Notes: generated by a model from the sequence alone, not told the origin. Positions 10,687 through 19,933 are shown, counted from the stretch's first letter. The stretch: DNA of 64,000 nucleotides from Oligoflexales bacterium (GCA_041736175.1 JBGSUI010000059.1:32001-96000), one strand, 5' to 3'. Numbers and translations are program-made.

Positions 10687-12372
10687 CTAAGTGAGATACT
10701 GTAGCAGATCTCCTCTCCTAAATGTGGCTGACAGCCTCTGCAACCCAATCGCTTGGCCTCCGTAGAGTTTGTTTAACGCATCGCCGAGTACTTTCACAGA
10801 TTTATCAAAATAAGTCTCTCCCTGTTCAGATAAGATTTTGCGAGCTTCCGCAAATTTTCTGTGGTCAAGATCACTCAGCTTGATGCACATCCCTTCAAGA
10901 AGATATCTTCCCATCAGCATGGACGAAAAGCATGATCCGTATCGCACAAGTTCTGGAGAACCTTCAGGAGGTCTTCTCCTTTTACTCTCTGCTATTCTAA
11001 ATATAAGAACCGCCATGACTAACTGAGCACCATTTAGATCTTTTGTAAAAATTTCATCGTAGAGCTTTCCAAAATGATCTCCGCTCCTAAACTTTGCTTG
11101 TTGAGGACGTCCTCGCCAAACGCATAAAATCGCTTCGGCGGCTGTCCCTACGCTGATTTCGTTGGCTCGAAAAGCCCCCTCTGTTCTCTGTCGCCTGTAG
11201 TCGAAACCAAGTTCATGAATCGACATTTCAAGACTTTTCTGCAAGTCCTGATTAGATCTTAAATCCTTAAGGTCCACTGGATTTTGACTGTTCGTCGCAT
11301 ATGTAATCATTTTAACAAAGGAAACTGCAGCCTTCGGAACTTGGTATAAGCGAACAAGAACAAAAGCAGCATCTATATTGTCTTGTCCTGCTTTGGTTTC
11401 CTTGTTCAGATCTTCTAATACGGCGAAAACGGTTTTGCTAGTTTGACCTCCATTTATGATCTGAAGGCCTTCGACTCGAACCTTATAATTGTCGCTTTGA
11501 AGTGCATTAAAATCAAATCGATCGCAAATCAGAGTTATGCCATTGTTATAAAAATAAAAATTTTGCCTCTCTTGAGGATCCATTAAAGTAGTTTTTATTC
11601 CCTCATTTATCCTGTTACCATGCAAGCCCAAATACCTTCTAATGTTTCTTTCGAGCAGCCGGTCTCCATGGGTTCTCATCAACCTTCCAATTTCTGATAT
11701 TGCCATTTTTCCTATAAAAACTCGGGAATAGTTGAAATCCTCTACAAATGCCTTTCCGTTAAACTGTAAGGTATCAGCAACAGCCGATGTCGATTGCAGC
11801 ACCTTTACAAGCACATCGTGGTTGATGTGTTCAAAGGTTACTCTTTCATTAAAACCTTCCCTGTCGATAATTTGTTGGCACTCTGGACGTTTCCATGAAA
11901 GCCCATTGTTACACAAAAGCACACGCACATTGGGAATGACTCCATCGACAATTAGGGACCGAATTTCTTCCACCTGAGCTTGGAGTCGCTTGTTAAAATT
12001 TTGTGGAGCAGTCGGCGAAAAGAGCGTTCGAACAGCTTGTACACATTTCTCTACGCCACCTTGAGGGAAATTTTGATTACCCTCCAAATTAGACTGGCTA
12101 TACTTTGCTTGGATGATGGTCACTGTAAAATCACCGTCGGTTATATCTCCAATCGACATAGCGTCGATCCCAAAATCGCCACCACCCTCTGTTAAGATCT
12201 CAAGGGCTTCTTCGTTTGAGAGATCCAGCATGACCTTCGCACAGAGAATGACAAATGCGGCTGATATAAGTCGCTTATCATCCAACTTACCTACATGCTC
12301 CTCCATCTGGGGCCTAAATTTTTCGGCGAGACCGCGAACCTGCTGATCAACTATCTGTACATTAATGTTCAA
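10687..12372 (-). CDS. AIPR family (abortive infection phage resistance) protein
   Basis: GGGDFGIDA and IIQAKY in N-terminal part; LLERNIRRYLG, FYFYNNGIT, LQIINGGQTS, ITYATNSQNPV..DLRSN are hallmark AIPR motifs. Confidence 0.85.
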   Translation of the reverse strand: MNINVQIVDQQVRGLAEKFRPQMEEHVGKLDDKRLISAAFVILCAKVMLDLSNEEALEILTEGGGDFGIDAMSIGDITDGDFTVTIIQAKYSQSNLEGNQNFPQGGVEKCVQAVRTLFSPTAPQNFNKRLQAQVEEIRSLIVDGVIPNVRVLLCNNGLSWKRPECQQIIDREGFNERVTFEHINHDVLVKVLQSTSAVADTLQFNGKAFVEDFNYSRVFIGKMAISEIGRLMRTHGDRLLERNIRRYLGLHGNRINEGIKTTLMDPQERQNFYFYNNGITLICDRFDFNALQSDNYKVRVEGLQIINGGQTSKTVFAVLEDLNKETKAGQDNIDAAFVLVRLYQVPKAAVSFVKMITYATNSQNPVDLKDLRSNQDLQKSLEMSIHELGFDYRRQRTEGAFRANEISVGTAAEAILCVWRGRPQQAKFRSGDHFGKLYDEIFTKDLNGAQLVMAVLIFRIAESKRRRPPEGSPELVRYGSCFSSMLMGRYLLEGMCIKLSDLDHRKFAEARKILSEQGETYFDKSVKVLGDALNKLYGGQAIGLQRLSATFRRGDLLQYLT

Positions 12373-12506
12373 TTGCTACCTTTCAATAGGTTACGCCAGT
12401 TTTCTCGGCTTGCACTGGCTCGAGATCTTAGAATTTTTATAACTCATAGGGAGCAGATTGGCCACGGACAAGGAATAGAGCAAATTGTGTGTTTAAATCC
12501 ATCATT

Positions 12507-13655
12507 TTATGCCCAAACCGTGAAATTATCGCGCGTTATAAAGACCGGCTCACAGGCCGAGTGGAACTCTTCAAAGAACTCCTCAAGACCAGCCTCGTGC
12601 CGTGCTTGTATTCCTTCCCAAGACACCTGATAGGGAGTCAGGCCTTCCTGTGTTTCGACAACAAAGTCAACCTCGTTTTTGCCCTTCCAGTAGTAGACCT
12701 TACTATACCGACGCCTCAGTTCAAGAAAGACAATATTCTCGAAATCTTTTCCCAGATCTTTCCCCGTCCGGCTGACGACAGCTCGCCGCAATGCAGGATC
12801 GATTGCATAGTATTTTTTGTTGTGATGGCTGCGTTTTCTTTCCGAGTAAGCAAAATACTCACAACCAAAGCAAAGATAGGCGTTCTCAGCTGCTGCGAGG
12901 TAGGCACCAACTGTGTCGACCGACAGATTTAGAGTGCCAGAAAGTCGGCGCAGGCTCAGCTCGGAGCCGACTGCTTCAAAGGTCATCTTGATGGTACGAG
13001 TCAGATCGAGGGCTGTCCTTGCTTTGAGACGCTCGCGTAGATCTTTCTCGATGATGTCGATGAAGTATTGCCGCAGCAATCTCCCCGGCTCGGGGTCTTG
13101 AAGCACACGTGGAAAGCCACCGCGCTGAAGGTAGTCCTCTAAGGATAGGTCGGGAAAAGCATGGGAAAACTCCCGCCAGGAAAAAGGAAAGAGCTCGTAG
13201 GAAAGATGGCGGCCTGTCAATACCGTGGAAAGCTCACCGGACAGCATGGAGGCATTTGACCCAGTGATAACGAACACGTCGTCAGCGGGTCGATCAAGCC
13301 GGAGACGCAACCACTTCTGCCAGTTGCTGACGACTTGCAGCTTGTCGAAAAAGTAATGGTGGCTGCCCTCAGGCTGAATCTCGCGAGCGGTTGCAAGGAT
13401 TTCATCGAGAAGTGACGCATTCAGGCGATCGACGATGCGAGGATCCTCGAAGTTTACGGCAAAGCAATGAGTGTTTGCGATCTGCCAACTCTGGCTGAGT
13501 TGCTGCAACACGGTTGATTTGCCGCACCGCCTAACGCCGGTGATCATAGTAGCGAGATCAGGTGCTGGTCGCCCTACCTTAAATTGCCTTGGCCAGGGTA
13601 TAGGACTCGGTGCTAAACTCCAGGTTTCCATAAGCTCGCTTATTATTTTGGACAT
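12507..13655 (-). CDS. AAA_14 ATPase with C-terminal DUF4143 domain (ATG 13655 preferred; ORF extends to 13691)
   Basis: Walker A GVRRCGKST, NFEDPR, ITGSNASMLSGELSTVLTGR, YLQRGGFP, KYYAID, FENIVFLEL, EVDFVV. Confidence 0.85.
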   Translation of the reverse strand: MSKIISELMETWSLAPSPIPWPRQFKVGRPAPDLATMITGVRRCGKSTVLQQLSQSWQIANTHCFAVNFEDPRIVDRLNASLLDEILATAREIQPEGSHHYFFDKLQVVSNWQKWLRLRLDRPADDVFVITGSNASMLSGELSTVLTGRHLSYELFPFSWREFSHAFPDLSLEDYLQRGGFPRVLQDPEPGRLLRQYFIDIIEKDLRERLKARTALDLTRTIKMTFEAVGSELSLRRLSGTLNLSVDTVGAYLAAAENAYLCFGCEYFAYSERKRSHHNKKYYAIDPALRRAVVSRTGKDLGKDFENIVFLELRRRYSKVYYWKGKNEVDFVVETQEGLTPYQVSWEGIQARHEAGLEEFFEEFHSACEPVFITRDNFTVWA

Positions 13656-13683
13656 TTTCGGATAACCACCTGATAAAATGCGG

Positions 13684-13741
13684 AATATCAATCTTGTCGA
13701 TCGTAGTCGACAAGATTGATATTGTCAATTACGATCGACAA
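13684..13741. repeat. Nested inverted repeats upstream of the AAA ATPase
   Basis: AATATCAATCTTGTCGA (13684-13700) / TCGACAAGATTGATATT (13707-13723), perfect 17-bp arms; second pair TTGTCGATCGTA (13694-13705) / TACGATCGACAA (13730-13741). Confidence 0.85.
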
Positions 13742-13859
13742 AAGGGTAACAGTCAGCCGTGAACGACGGGGTTTTACGGCACTTATGATAAAATCAGTTT
13801 GTCTCCAAAAAAATCCAATCAACTTGACATCCATGACTCAGAAAGAAATTTAAAAGCCT

Positions 13860-15086
13860 ATGGACGTTTCATACCTATTTAGATTTGGTAGTTTGTCAAT
13901 GATCGTCCTTTGTACCTGTTGTTTTTTGGAGGGTAAAAAAAAGAAGAATCAACGGGGTGCCACGGGGGGATCAGAAATTGTCCTCAGGGACTCCATTTTC
14001 TTTGACCGGCTGGGGGATCGAACTAGCGCTCGCCTGACTTTTAAAACCAAAGTCCCAGCAACCTGCCAATATACCTTTTACCCCCAGGACCAGCCCACAC
14101 CGGACGCTCCCCCGCAACCCATCCTCTGCTCAGACCCTGACAAACCCAGGTCCGAATTTAACGAGAGAATCAGCCCACTTTTAGCTGGCAAACTCTATTT
14201 TCTAACCCTGACTGCTAAAAATCCTAGCGCACCCGGAACACCCGATACTTTTATCGTTCGAGAGCCGGAAGGGGGAGGGGGAACCAACTCCCCGGCTGGA
14301 ACCTCACCCTCAGGGACGTCTCCCTCGGGATCACCATCTTCAAATGGAGATCAAGACACTGCACCCCTGAGCGAGCTTTTTGTCGGCAGAGTCGACATGG
14401 CCCTCAAGTCTGCTGAGGTGCTGAGGCATGTCCTTAAAACCCCCCTTTCCCGTGAGGCCATTCGCAACGAGCTTAAAAGAACGGTTGGATGCCAAGACCA
14501 AGCCCCTACGACCTCCTATCCCTTTAGGAGTCACGAGAACCAAATTCTTATTTCGCAACTAGCGACCAAAGATCTTGGCACGGCCTTAAGCACCCCTCGA
14601 CCAGACCTTCCAGGGGTGCTTAATTTGGACTACTCAGCGATCAACGATGGGATCGATAAATGGACTTTTATGTACCGCTTTCAAGACCAAGATCAGATTT
14701 ATTCTGCCAGGCCTGTGGTACGGCTTGCCAAAGTCCAGTTGATCAGCGACCAAACTTATGACCTCGATATTCCAAACCTGGATGAATCTTCGGAACCCGT
14801 CAAAATCAATCCCCTTAAGGAACTTAAGATCCAGTGGACGGTACCTCCCCAAACCCCTGCCACTTCCTATGTGACGGTCCAGATCGGTCGGCCTACCCTT
14901 GCGAAATCGGTTTTTTGCGTCTTCCAAGCCGACCAAAGAACCGGTACCATCCCACCCCAACTGCTATCTAATCTTCAATCAGGTCGGCATGTTATCTCAG
15001 TCGAACTCGCCACTACGGTTTTTTTGCCGAAAGAAAAATGGATCACGACGGCCTATGATTGGCGGTCTGGAAGAATCGAAAAATAA
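13860..15086 (+). CDS. Hypothetical exported protein, probable lipoprotein
   Basis: 408-aa ORF; hydrophobic N-terminus with Cys; SPSGT-type low-complexity linker; no family recognised. Confidence 0.6.
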   Translation: MDVSYLFRFGSLSMIVLCTCCFLEGKKKKNQRGATGGSEIVLRDSIFFDRLGDRTSARLTFKTKVPATCQYTFYPQDQPTPDAPPQPILCSDPDKPRSEFNERISPLLAGKLYFLTLTAKNPSAPGTPDTFIVREPEGGGGTNSPAGTSPSGTSPSGSPSSNGDQDTAPLSELFVGRVDMALKSAEVLRHVLKTPLSREAIRNELKRTVGCQDQAPTTSYPFRSHENQILISQLATKDLGTALSTPRPDLPGVLNLDYSAINDGIDKWTFMYRFQDQDQIYSARPVVRLAKVQLISDQTYDLDIPNLDESSEPVKINPLKELKIQWTVPPQTPATSYVTVQIGRPTLAKSVFCVFQADQRTGTIPPQLLSNLQSGRHVISVELATTVFLPKEKWITTAYDWRSGRIEK

Positions 15087-15100
15087 AAGGAGTGACTCCA

Positions 15101-16192
15101 TTGCAGGATAGCATCCACCCAACCGATACTCCCTATCGATACCTTGCTTCGCCCCTGGTGATGTTCAGTATCATTTTGTTTTTTTTGGGGAGCACCCTGG
15201 GCTATGGAGCAACCGTTAAAAAAGTAAACTCCAAAAAAGGGCTTGTTCTCTTGGATGTTGGTGCTGATGAAACCCTAGAGACCGAAACCGAAATCTGTAT
15301 CTTCAATGAAAACGACAAAAAGACCGATTGCGGCACCATCACTAAAATCAAAGGCAAAACCGCTACAGTAAAGATGAAATCCAAGAAAAAAATCAAAAAA
15401 ATAAAGCCTGATATGGCGGCCCGCGCCCCTGACTCCGATGGTAGTGATGGGGCTGAGGGTGGCTCGTCAAAATCTGCTTCTGGCAAGATGCCCATGGGTC
15501 TCTTAGGTCGCTATCTTTATACGATCGCGGCGCCTTCAACTTTTAAAAGAAATGGCTATGTTGTACCTGTTTCAAAAACTCCATCCACCCTCTGGAAGGA
15601 CGAAGGGACTGTGTCTGACAGTGGCCTAGGTTTTTCCCTTGCTTTTGCAATTCCCGTATCTAAGTACGCCATTATTCCGGGATTCAGGTACCGTGTTGCT
15701 AGTGTTGAAGTCATCTCAGACTATGCCAGTGACCGCCGGGACCCATATGTATCCACTCTCACTACGGCCTCTAACTTGGGCCTTTTTGCTGATTTCCAAT
15801 TTCTCAGAATGCCCTTGGGTTCCATAGCCCTCTTCAACATGAGTTCTGGACTCGACATCGATGCCTCCACCGTAACCTTTAAAGCCGAAAAGCGTGATGA
15901 TACTGGTGCAACTCCGACGACGCCCATAGCCACTGCCACCTCAAAGCTCACTGTATTATCCTTAAGAGTCAGCGGTGGACTTGACTTCATGTTTGGAAAA
16001 TCCTTTGGGGTTTCCTCGGGACTCAACGTGCTCCTACCCCTCGCTGCTTTTGGCGCCTCTTTTAGCTCCAAAATGGAGGACTCCGAAAAAAGAGGGGTTG
16101 AAGATCCACAGACGGACCTTAAAAACGCTGTTGGTCACAAGAAAAATGGCTTTGGGGCCGAATTCTACCTTGGTCCTAGCCTGTACTTTTAA
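15101..16192 (+). CDS. Hypothetical outer-membrane beta-barrel protein
   Basis: AAGGAG before TTG 15101; signal peptide; alternating amphipathic strands; C-terminal FYLGPSLYF. Confidence 0.6.
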   Translation: MQDSIHPTDTPYRYLASPLVMFSIILFFLGSTLGYGATVKKVNSKKGLVLLDVGADETLETETEICIFNENDKKTDCGTITKIKGKTATVKMKSKKKIKKIKPDMAARAPDSDGSDGAEGGSSKSASGKMPMGLLGRYLYTIAAPSTFKRNGYVVPVSKTPSTLWKDEGTVSDSGLGFSLAFAIPVSKYAIIPGFRYRVASVEVISDYASDRRDPYVSTLTTASNLGLFADFQFLRMPLGSIALFNMSSGLDIDASTVTFKAEKRDDTGATPTTPIATATSKLTVLSLRVSGGLDFMFGKSFGVSSGLNVLLPLAAFGASFSSKMEDSEKRGVEDPQTDLKNAVGHKKNGFGAEFYLGPSLYF

Positions 16193-16709
16193 GGCTTCGC
16201 ACCACCAAATAGTGGCTTTGTTCGGCCATAGCTAGACGAATGCTGAGTCCCGTGGCCATCATCCCAAAGACTAGTCCACTAAGCGGCCCGTCAAAGATAA
16301 TGGATAGGCTTACGAGATCGAGAAGTCTCGAAAAATACTCGGGATGGCTCAGAAACCGGTAGGGTCCTAGGGCATAGTGGCGCATCTGAGGATGGGCCAA
16401 ACACCGGTAAGTCCACAACATATTAACGGAATCAATCGCCCACCATCTTAGGGCCGATGACAAGGCAAGGAGCCCTGTAAAAAACACTTTGTAATTTATC
16501 TCACATTGAAAAGTTGGGTAAAAAGCTCCTTCGAAAACAATAAAAATAGGTGCCAACTTTAAAATAAGATACAAAACTTGGCTCACTCGGGGCGAAGACT
16601 CCACAGCTCCTTGATCCCTTAAAAATTTATAGTTTCTACGATGGATTCTCCACTCTGCATACCAGCCTAAGACTAAACTTATTATGATAGATATTTTAAA
16701 AAAATCCAT
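16176..16709 (-). CDS. Isoprenylcysteine carboxyl methyltransferase (ICMT)-like membrane protein
   Basis: E..I..RN...L...GAVE, LRWWAI, GPYRFLSHPEY motifs; several TM segments. Confidence 0.7.
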   Translation of the reverse strand: MDFFKISIIISLVLGWYAEWRIHRRNYKFLRDQGAVESSPRVSQVLYLILKLAPIFIVFEGAFYPTFQCEINYKVFFTGLLALSSALRWWAIDSVNMLWTYRCLAHPQMRHYALGPYRFLSHPEYFSRLLDLVSLSIIFDGPLSGLVFGMMATGLSIRLAMAEQSHYLVVRSLKSTG

Positions 16710-16761
16710 ACACCCTCACTTGAGCAGACCCATACCCCTTGGCGTTTAATGTCTGGTACCA

Positions 16762-16770
16762 TGTTATAAT
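16762..16770 (+). promoter_or_regulatory. Extended -10 promoter element upstream of the cytochrome-like lipoprotein
   Basis: TGTTATAAT about 40 bp upstream of ATG 16812. Confidence 0.45.
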
Positions 16771-16811
16771 AAAGCTCATTCTATCTAAAAGCCTTTCGGG
16801 AGACTCTCGCT

Positions 16812-17165
16812 ATGAATTATGGGACTCAAAGGAATGTTCTAAAGTATTTTTCCATAGCAACAATCGTCATGGGACTGGGTTGCTCAAGTGAGGAAAAGGA
16901 GGAAACCACCACGGCACCTACGACGACTGCTGGTAGCTTTGCCGACGCTAACACGGTGATCACTGCCAGCTGCTCGGCTAGTGGTTGCCACGGCAAGACT
17001 GGTGCTGGCTCCACAATCTACCAAGATAACGAAACCAACGTCAAAAAAGACAAAGCCAAAATCGACGCTTCCATTGCCAAGGCCAAAGGAGCCGATGGGT
17101 TTATGCCTAAAAATGGCAATGCCCTCTCCGACGCCGATAAAAAGAAGATTACTGATTTTAAATAA
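16812..17165 (+). CDS. Small lipoprotein, putative c-type cytochrome with CX4CH motif
   Basis: Lipobox-like LGC; CSASGCH; C-terminal MP..G..LSD..K.I typical of class I cytochrome c. Confidence 0.6.
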   Translation: MNYGTQRNVLKYFSIATIVMGLGCSSEEKEETTTAPTTTAGSFADANTVITASCSASGCHGKTGAGSTIYQDNETNVKKDKAKIDASIAKAKGADGFMPKNGNALSDADKKKITDFK

Positions 17166-17195
17166 GCTATTTTGTTATGAAAAATATGGTTAGTC

Positions 17196-17259
17196 TGAGT
17201 ATTTTGGACTAGACTCCAAATTAGTCATGAGTAAATTGGAGTCTGGTCCAAAATACTCA
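17196..17259. repeat. 64-bp imperfect palindrome
   Basis: TGAGTATTTTGGACTAGACTCCAAATTAGTCA / TGAGTAAATTGGAGTCTGGTCCAAAATACTCA; 29 of 32 positions pair, no loop. Confidence 0.85.
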
Positions 17260-17366
17260 TGCCAACGCGGAGTGGCTCCTCATGCGCGCACATTCTACTT
17301 GTGGTGACTCTCTGGTTGATTTTATTCCAATTTAGGAATAAAATCCCATGAGGAACTGGAGGCAGC

Positions 17367-17411
17367 ATGACCCTAAAAGTCGTTGAATTCTTGGGCGATT
17401 GCCCTAAATGA
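17367..17411 (+). pseudogene. N-terminal remnant of a RelE/Gp49-like type II toxin
   Basis: GGAGG-spaced ATG; MTLKVVEFLGDCPK* resembles the K..F.GDS start of Gp49/HigB-like toxins; directly upstream of an XRE antitoxin. Confidence 0.5.
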
Positions 17412-17423
17412 GAGCTGCTTAAA

Positions 17424-17744
17424 ATGAAAAAAAAGACCACAAAACGCAAGGCTAAAACGCGCGGAGCCCCAACCCAACCAAGTGTCTTCGAACAGCTCGG
17501 TTTCGACACAGCTGAGGCAGCAGCGCTTGAGCGAAAGAGCGTCTTGTACGCCAAGGTTGTGAAAATGGCCCACGCCCACGATCTGACGCAGAAGAAGCTT
17601 GCGAGTCTCCTTGGCATTACACAGCCGCATGTCAGTCAACTGCTCGGCGGCAAGATCAGCCGGTTTAGCGTCGAAAAGCTTATCGAGTTCGCTGAACGAC
17701 TTGGCGCAGACGTCGAAATCGTGGTGCGAAAGAAAGCAAGTTAA
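17424..17744 (+). CDS. XRE-family HTH protein, HigA-like antitoxin
   Basis: SVFEQLGF, LTQKKLASLLGITQPHVSQLLGGKISRFSVEKL, typical of HTH_37-type antitoxins. Confidence 0.85.
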   Translation: MKKKTTKRKAKTRGAPTQPSVFEQLGFDTAEAAALERKSVLYAKVVKMAHAHDLTQKKLASLLGITQPHVSQLLGGKISRFSVEKLIEFAERLGADVEIVVRKKAS

Positions 17745-17878
17745 CAGAGGATTACGAAAAAAACGGAATCCGCGTCCTGCCTTTCTCGACCTTTTGCCGC
17801 CTTTGCAACATGCCTTAACATGTCTGGACCCAACGAGTTCTGGATTTTCCCAAAAAGAGGAGGTAAAAGGGTCTTCCT

Positions 17879-19933
17879 ATGATTGATTTGTCGACCCTCA
17901 ATACCGAACAACGCCATGCCGCGACCCATATCGACGGCCCCCTTATGATCCTTGCCGGAGCTGGTACCGGGAAGACAAGGGTGATCACCTATCGTATTGC
18001 CTATATGCTAGGATGTGGGATTTTTCCCGAACAAATCGTGGCCTTATCTTTTACAAATAAGGCCGCTAAAGAGATGGCCGAGCGGGTCAAAACCCTGATC
18101 GGGGCCAAATCCAAAAAAGTCTGGTTGGGGACCTTTCACAGCTTTTGCCTCCACCTCCTCCGTGCCCACTCCCATGCCCTGGGACTGCCGGCTAATTTCG
18201 GGCTCGCCGATACTGCGGACCAAATCGAACTCGTCCGTCGAAGCCTTGAGGAAAAAGGTTGGTCCGGACTGTACAAAGTCGATCAAATTCACCAACAGAT
18301 CAGCCGAGCCAAAAACTACCTTCTGACTCCGGAGCAAATCCTTGCCGAGGGCGCCAAAGGCCCATTTCAAGGCGATCCAGCCGTGCTCGCTGAAGTCTTT
18401 AAGCTCTATGAGCGGCAGCTTAAACTCCATAGGGTCATCGATTTTGATGACTGTATTTACAAAACAGTTTTTTTGTTGTCCCAAAACCCTGAAATCCGAG
18501 AATCTTGCCATCGTAAGTTTAAATATTTTATGGTTGATGAATTCCAAGATACCAACCTCGCTCAGCTCAAAGTCCTCGAATTGATGGTGCCCCCCGCTCA
18601 CAATGTCTGCGTGGTGGGAGATGATGACCAATCAATCTACAGCTGGCGCGGTGCTATGTACGAAATCTTAGAAAACTTTGAACAGCTCTTCCCGGGGACT
18701 AAGATTTCAAAGCTAGAGCAAAACTACAGATGTACCAATGTCATTCTCGACGCTGCCAATAAAGTGATCAAGAACAACAAAAGGCGAAAGGACAAAACCC
18801 TGTGGAGTGCTTCTAAAGACCAAATCCCCATTACCATCCATCTTTGTACCGATGATGGTGAAGAAGCTAAATACGTAGCTGATAAATGCTTAGCTCTTCT
18901 CGGCAGCGGCTTTGAACCCAGGGACATCGCCATCCTTTACCGCGCCAACGCCCAAGCCCGCGCCTTTGAACTTATTTTACGGGAATCTCGCATTTCTACC
19001 AAAACCTATGGCGGACAGAGCTTTTTCGAACGCAAAGAGATTAAGGATTTCCTTTGCTATCTCCGATTGGTTTTAAATCCACATGACCGCCTCGCCCTAT
19101 GGCGCATCATCAACACGCCCCACCGGGGGATTGGACTTAAGACCCTTGAGAGAATCGATGGGATCGCCCACGCCGATAAAAAATCACCCTACGAAGTGCT
19201 CGAAGACTTTGATCACTCAGGCGTCAAAGAATTCATCTCCCTAATGAACCAACTCAAGTCTTTTCCAAAAGAAACTCCTGACCAGTTTCTGTCTCTAGGC
19301 CAGCAGATTATCAAACTAAGCGGATTAGATACCGAGATTAAACTCAAAAACGATAACCTAGCCGCAAGAGACCGTAAACTTCAAAATCTTAGGGGAATGC
19401 CCCCATGGATTGAGTCTATGGCCAAGCATCTTTTCAACGAAAACGGCTCCATCAGCCACCGAAATCTCCTGGATATCCTTAGCTTAGATGGGGACCGGTT
19501 TGAAGGTGACGAAAAAGGTAAGGGCAACCATATCTCGCTAATGACGATTCATGCTGCTAAAGGACTCGAATATCCAGCCGTTTTTGTTGTAGGCCTGGAA
19601 GAAGACTATCTTCCCCATAAAAACAGCCTCCTCGACGCAGCAAGCATCTGTGAGGAGAGACGCCTGTTTTACGTAGCCCTCACTCGAGCAAAATCACGAC
19701 TCTTTTTGTCCCATTGCCAAGAAAGACTCTCTGGATACCAAGGTAAAATCGCTCGGTTTCCTTCCCGGTTTATCAAAGAAATACCCGAATCCGCTTATAT
19801 CGCCACCAATGCCGGTACCGAGGCTCCTGCCCAGGATGATCGAAAACAAACCTTTAGCCGCAAACTCAGCCAACTGCGAAATTCAATCGCCGCTCCAAAC
19901 AACGGCCAGTCCCCACGCAAACCCGCACTTTGA
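17879..19933 (+). CDS. UvrD/Rep/PcrA superfamily 1 DNA helicase
   Basis: AGAGTGKT, FTNKAA, VDEFQDTN, VGDDDQSIYSWRGA, LEQNYR, TIHAAKGLEY, EERRLFYVALTRA. Confidence 0.95.
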   Translation: MIDLSTLNTEQRHAATHIDGPLMILAGAGTGKTRVITYRIAYMLGCGIFPEQIVALSFTNKAAKEMAERVKTLIGAKSKKVWLGTFHSFCLHLLRAHSHALGLPANFGLADTADQIELVRRSLEEKGWSGLYKVDQIHQQISRAKNYLLTPEQILAEGAKGPFQGDPAVLAEVFKLYERQLKLHRVIDFDDCIYKTVFLLSQNPEIRESCHRKFKYFMVDEFQDTNLAQLKVLELMVPPAHNVCVVGDDDQSIYSWRGAMYEILENFEQLFPGTKISKLEQNYRCTNVILDAANKVIKNNKRRKDKTLWSASKDQIPITIHLCTDDGEEAKYVADKCLALLGSGFEPRDIAILYRANAQARAFELILRESRISTKTYGGQSFFERKEIKDFLCYLRLVLNPHDRLALWRIINTPHRGIGLKTLERIDGIAHADKKSPYEVLEDFDHSGVKEFISLMNQLKSFPKETPDQFLSLGQQIIKLSGLDTEIKLKNDNLAARDRKLQNLRGMPPWIESMAKHLFNENGSISHRNLLDILSLDGDRFEGDEKGKGNHISLMTIHAAKGLEYPAVFVVGLEEDYLPHKNSLLDAASICEERRLFYVALTRAKSRLFLSHCQERLSGYQGKIARFPSRFIKEIPESAYIATNAGTEAPAQDDRKQTFSRKLSQLRNSIAAPNNGQSPRKPAL

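Noticed and set aside
14290..14342. Short tandem repeat encoding SPAGT/SPSGT
   Set aside because: Degenerate at the DNA level; an ordinary flexible linker.
17196..17750. Integron cassette (palindrome as attC) carrying the TA genes
   Set aside because: No matching RYYYAAC...GTTRRRY core pair around the palindrome, and no integron integrase in the window.
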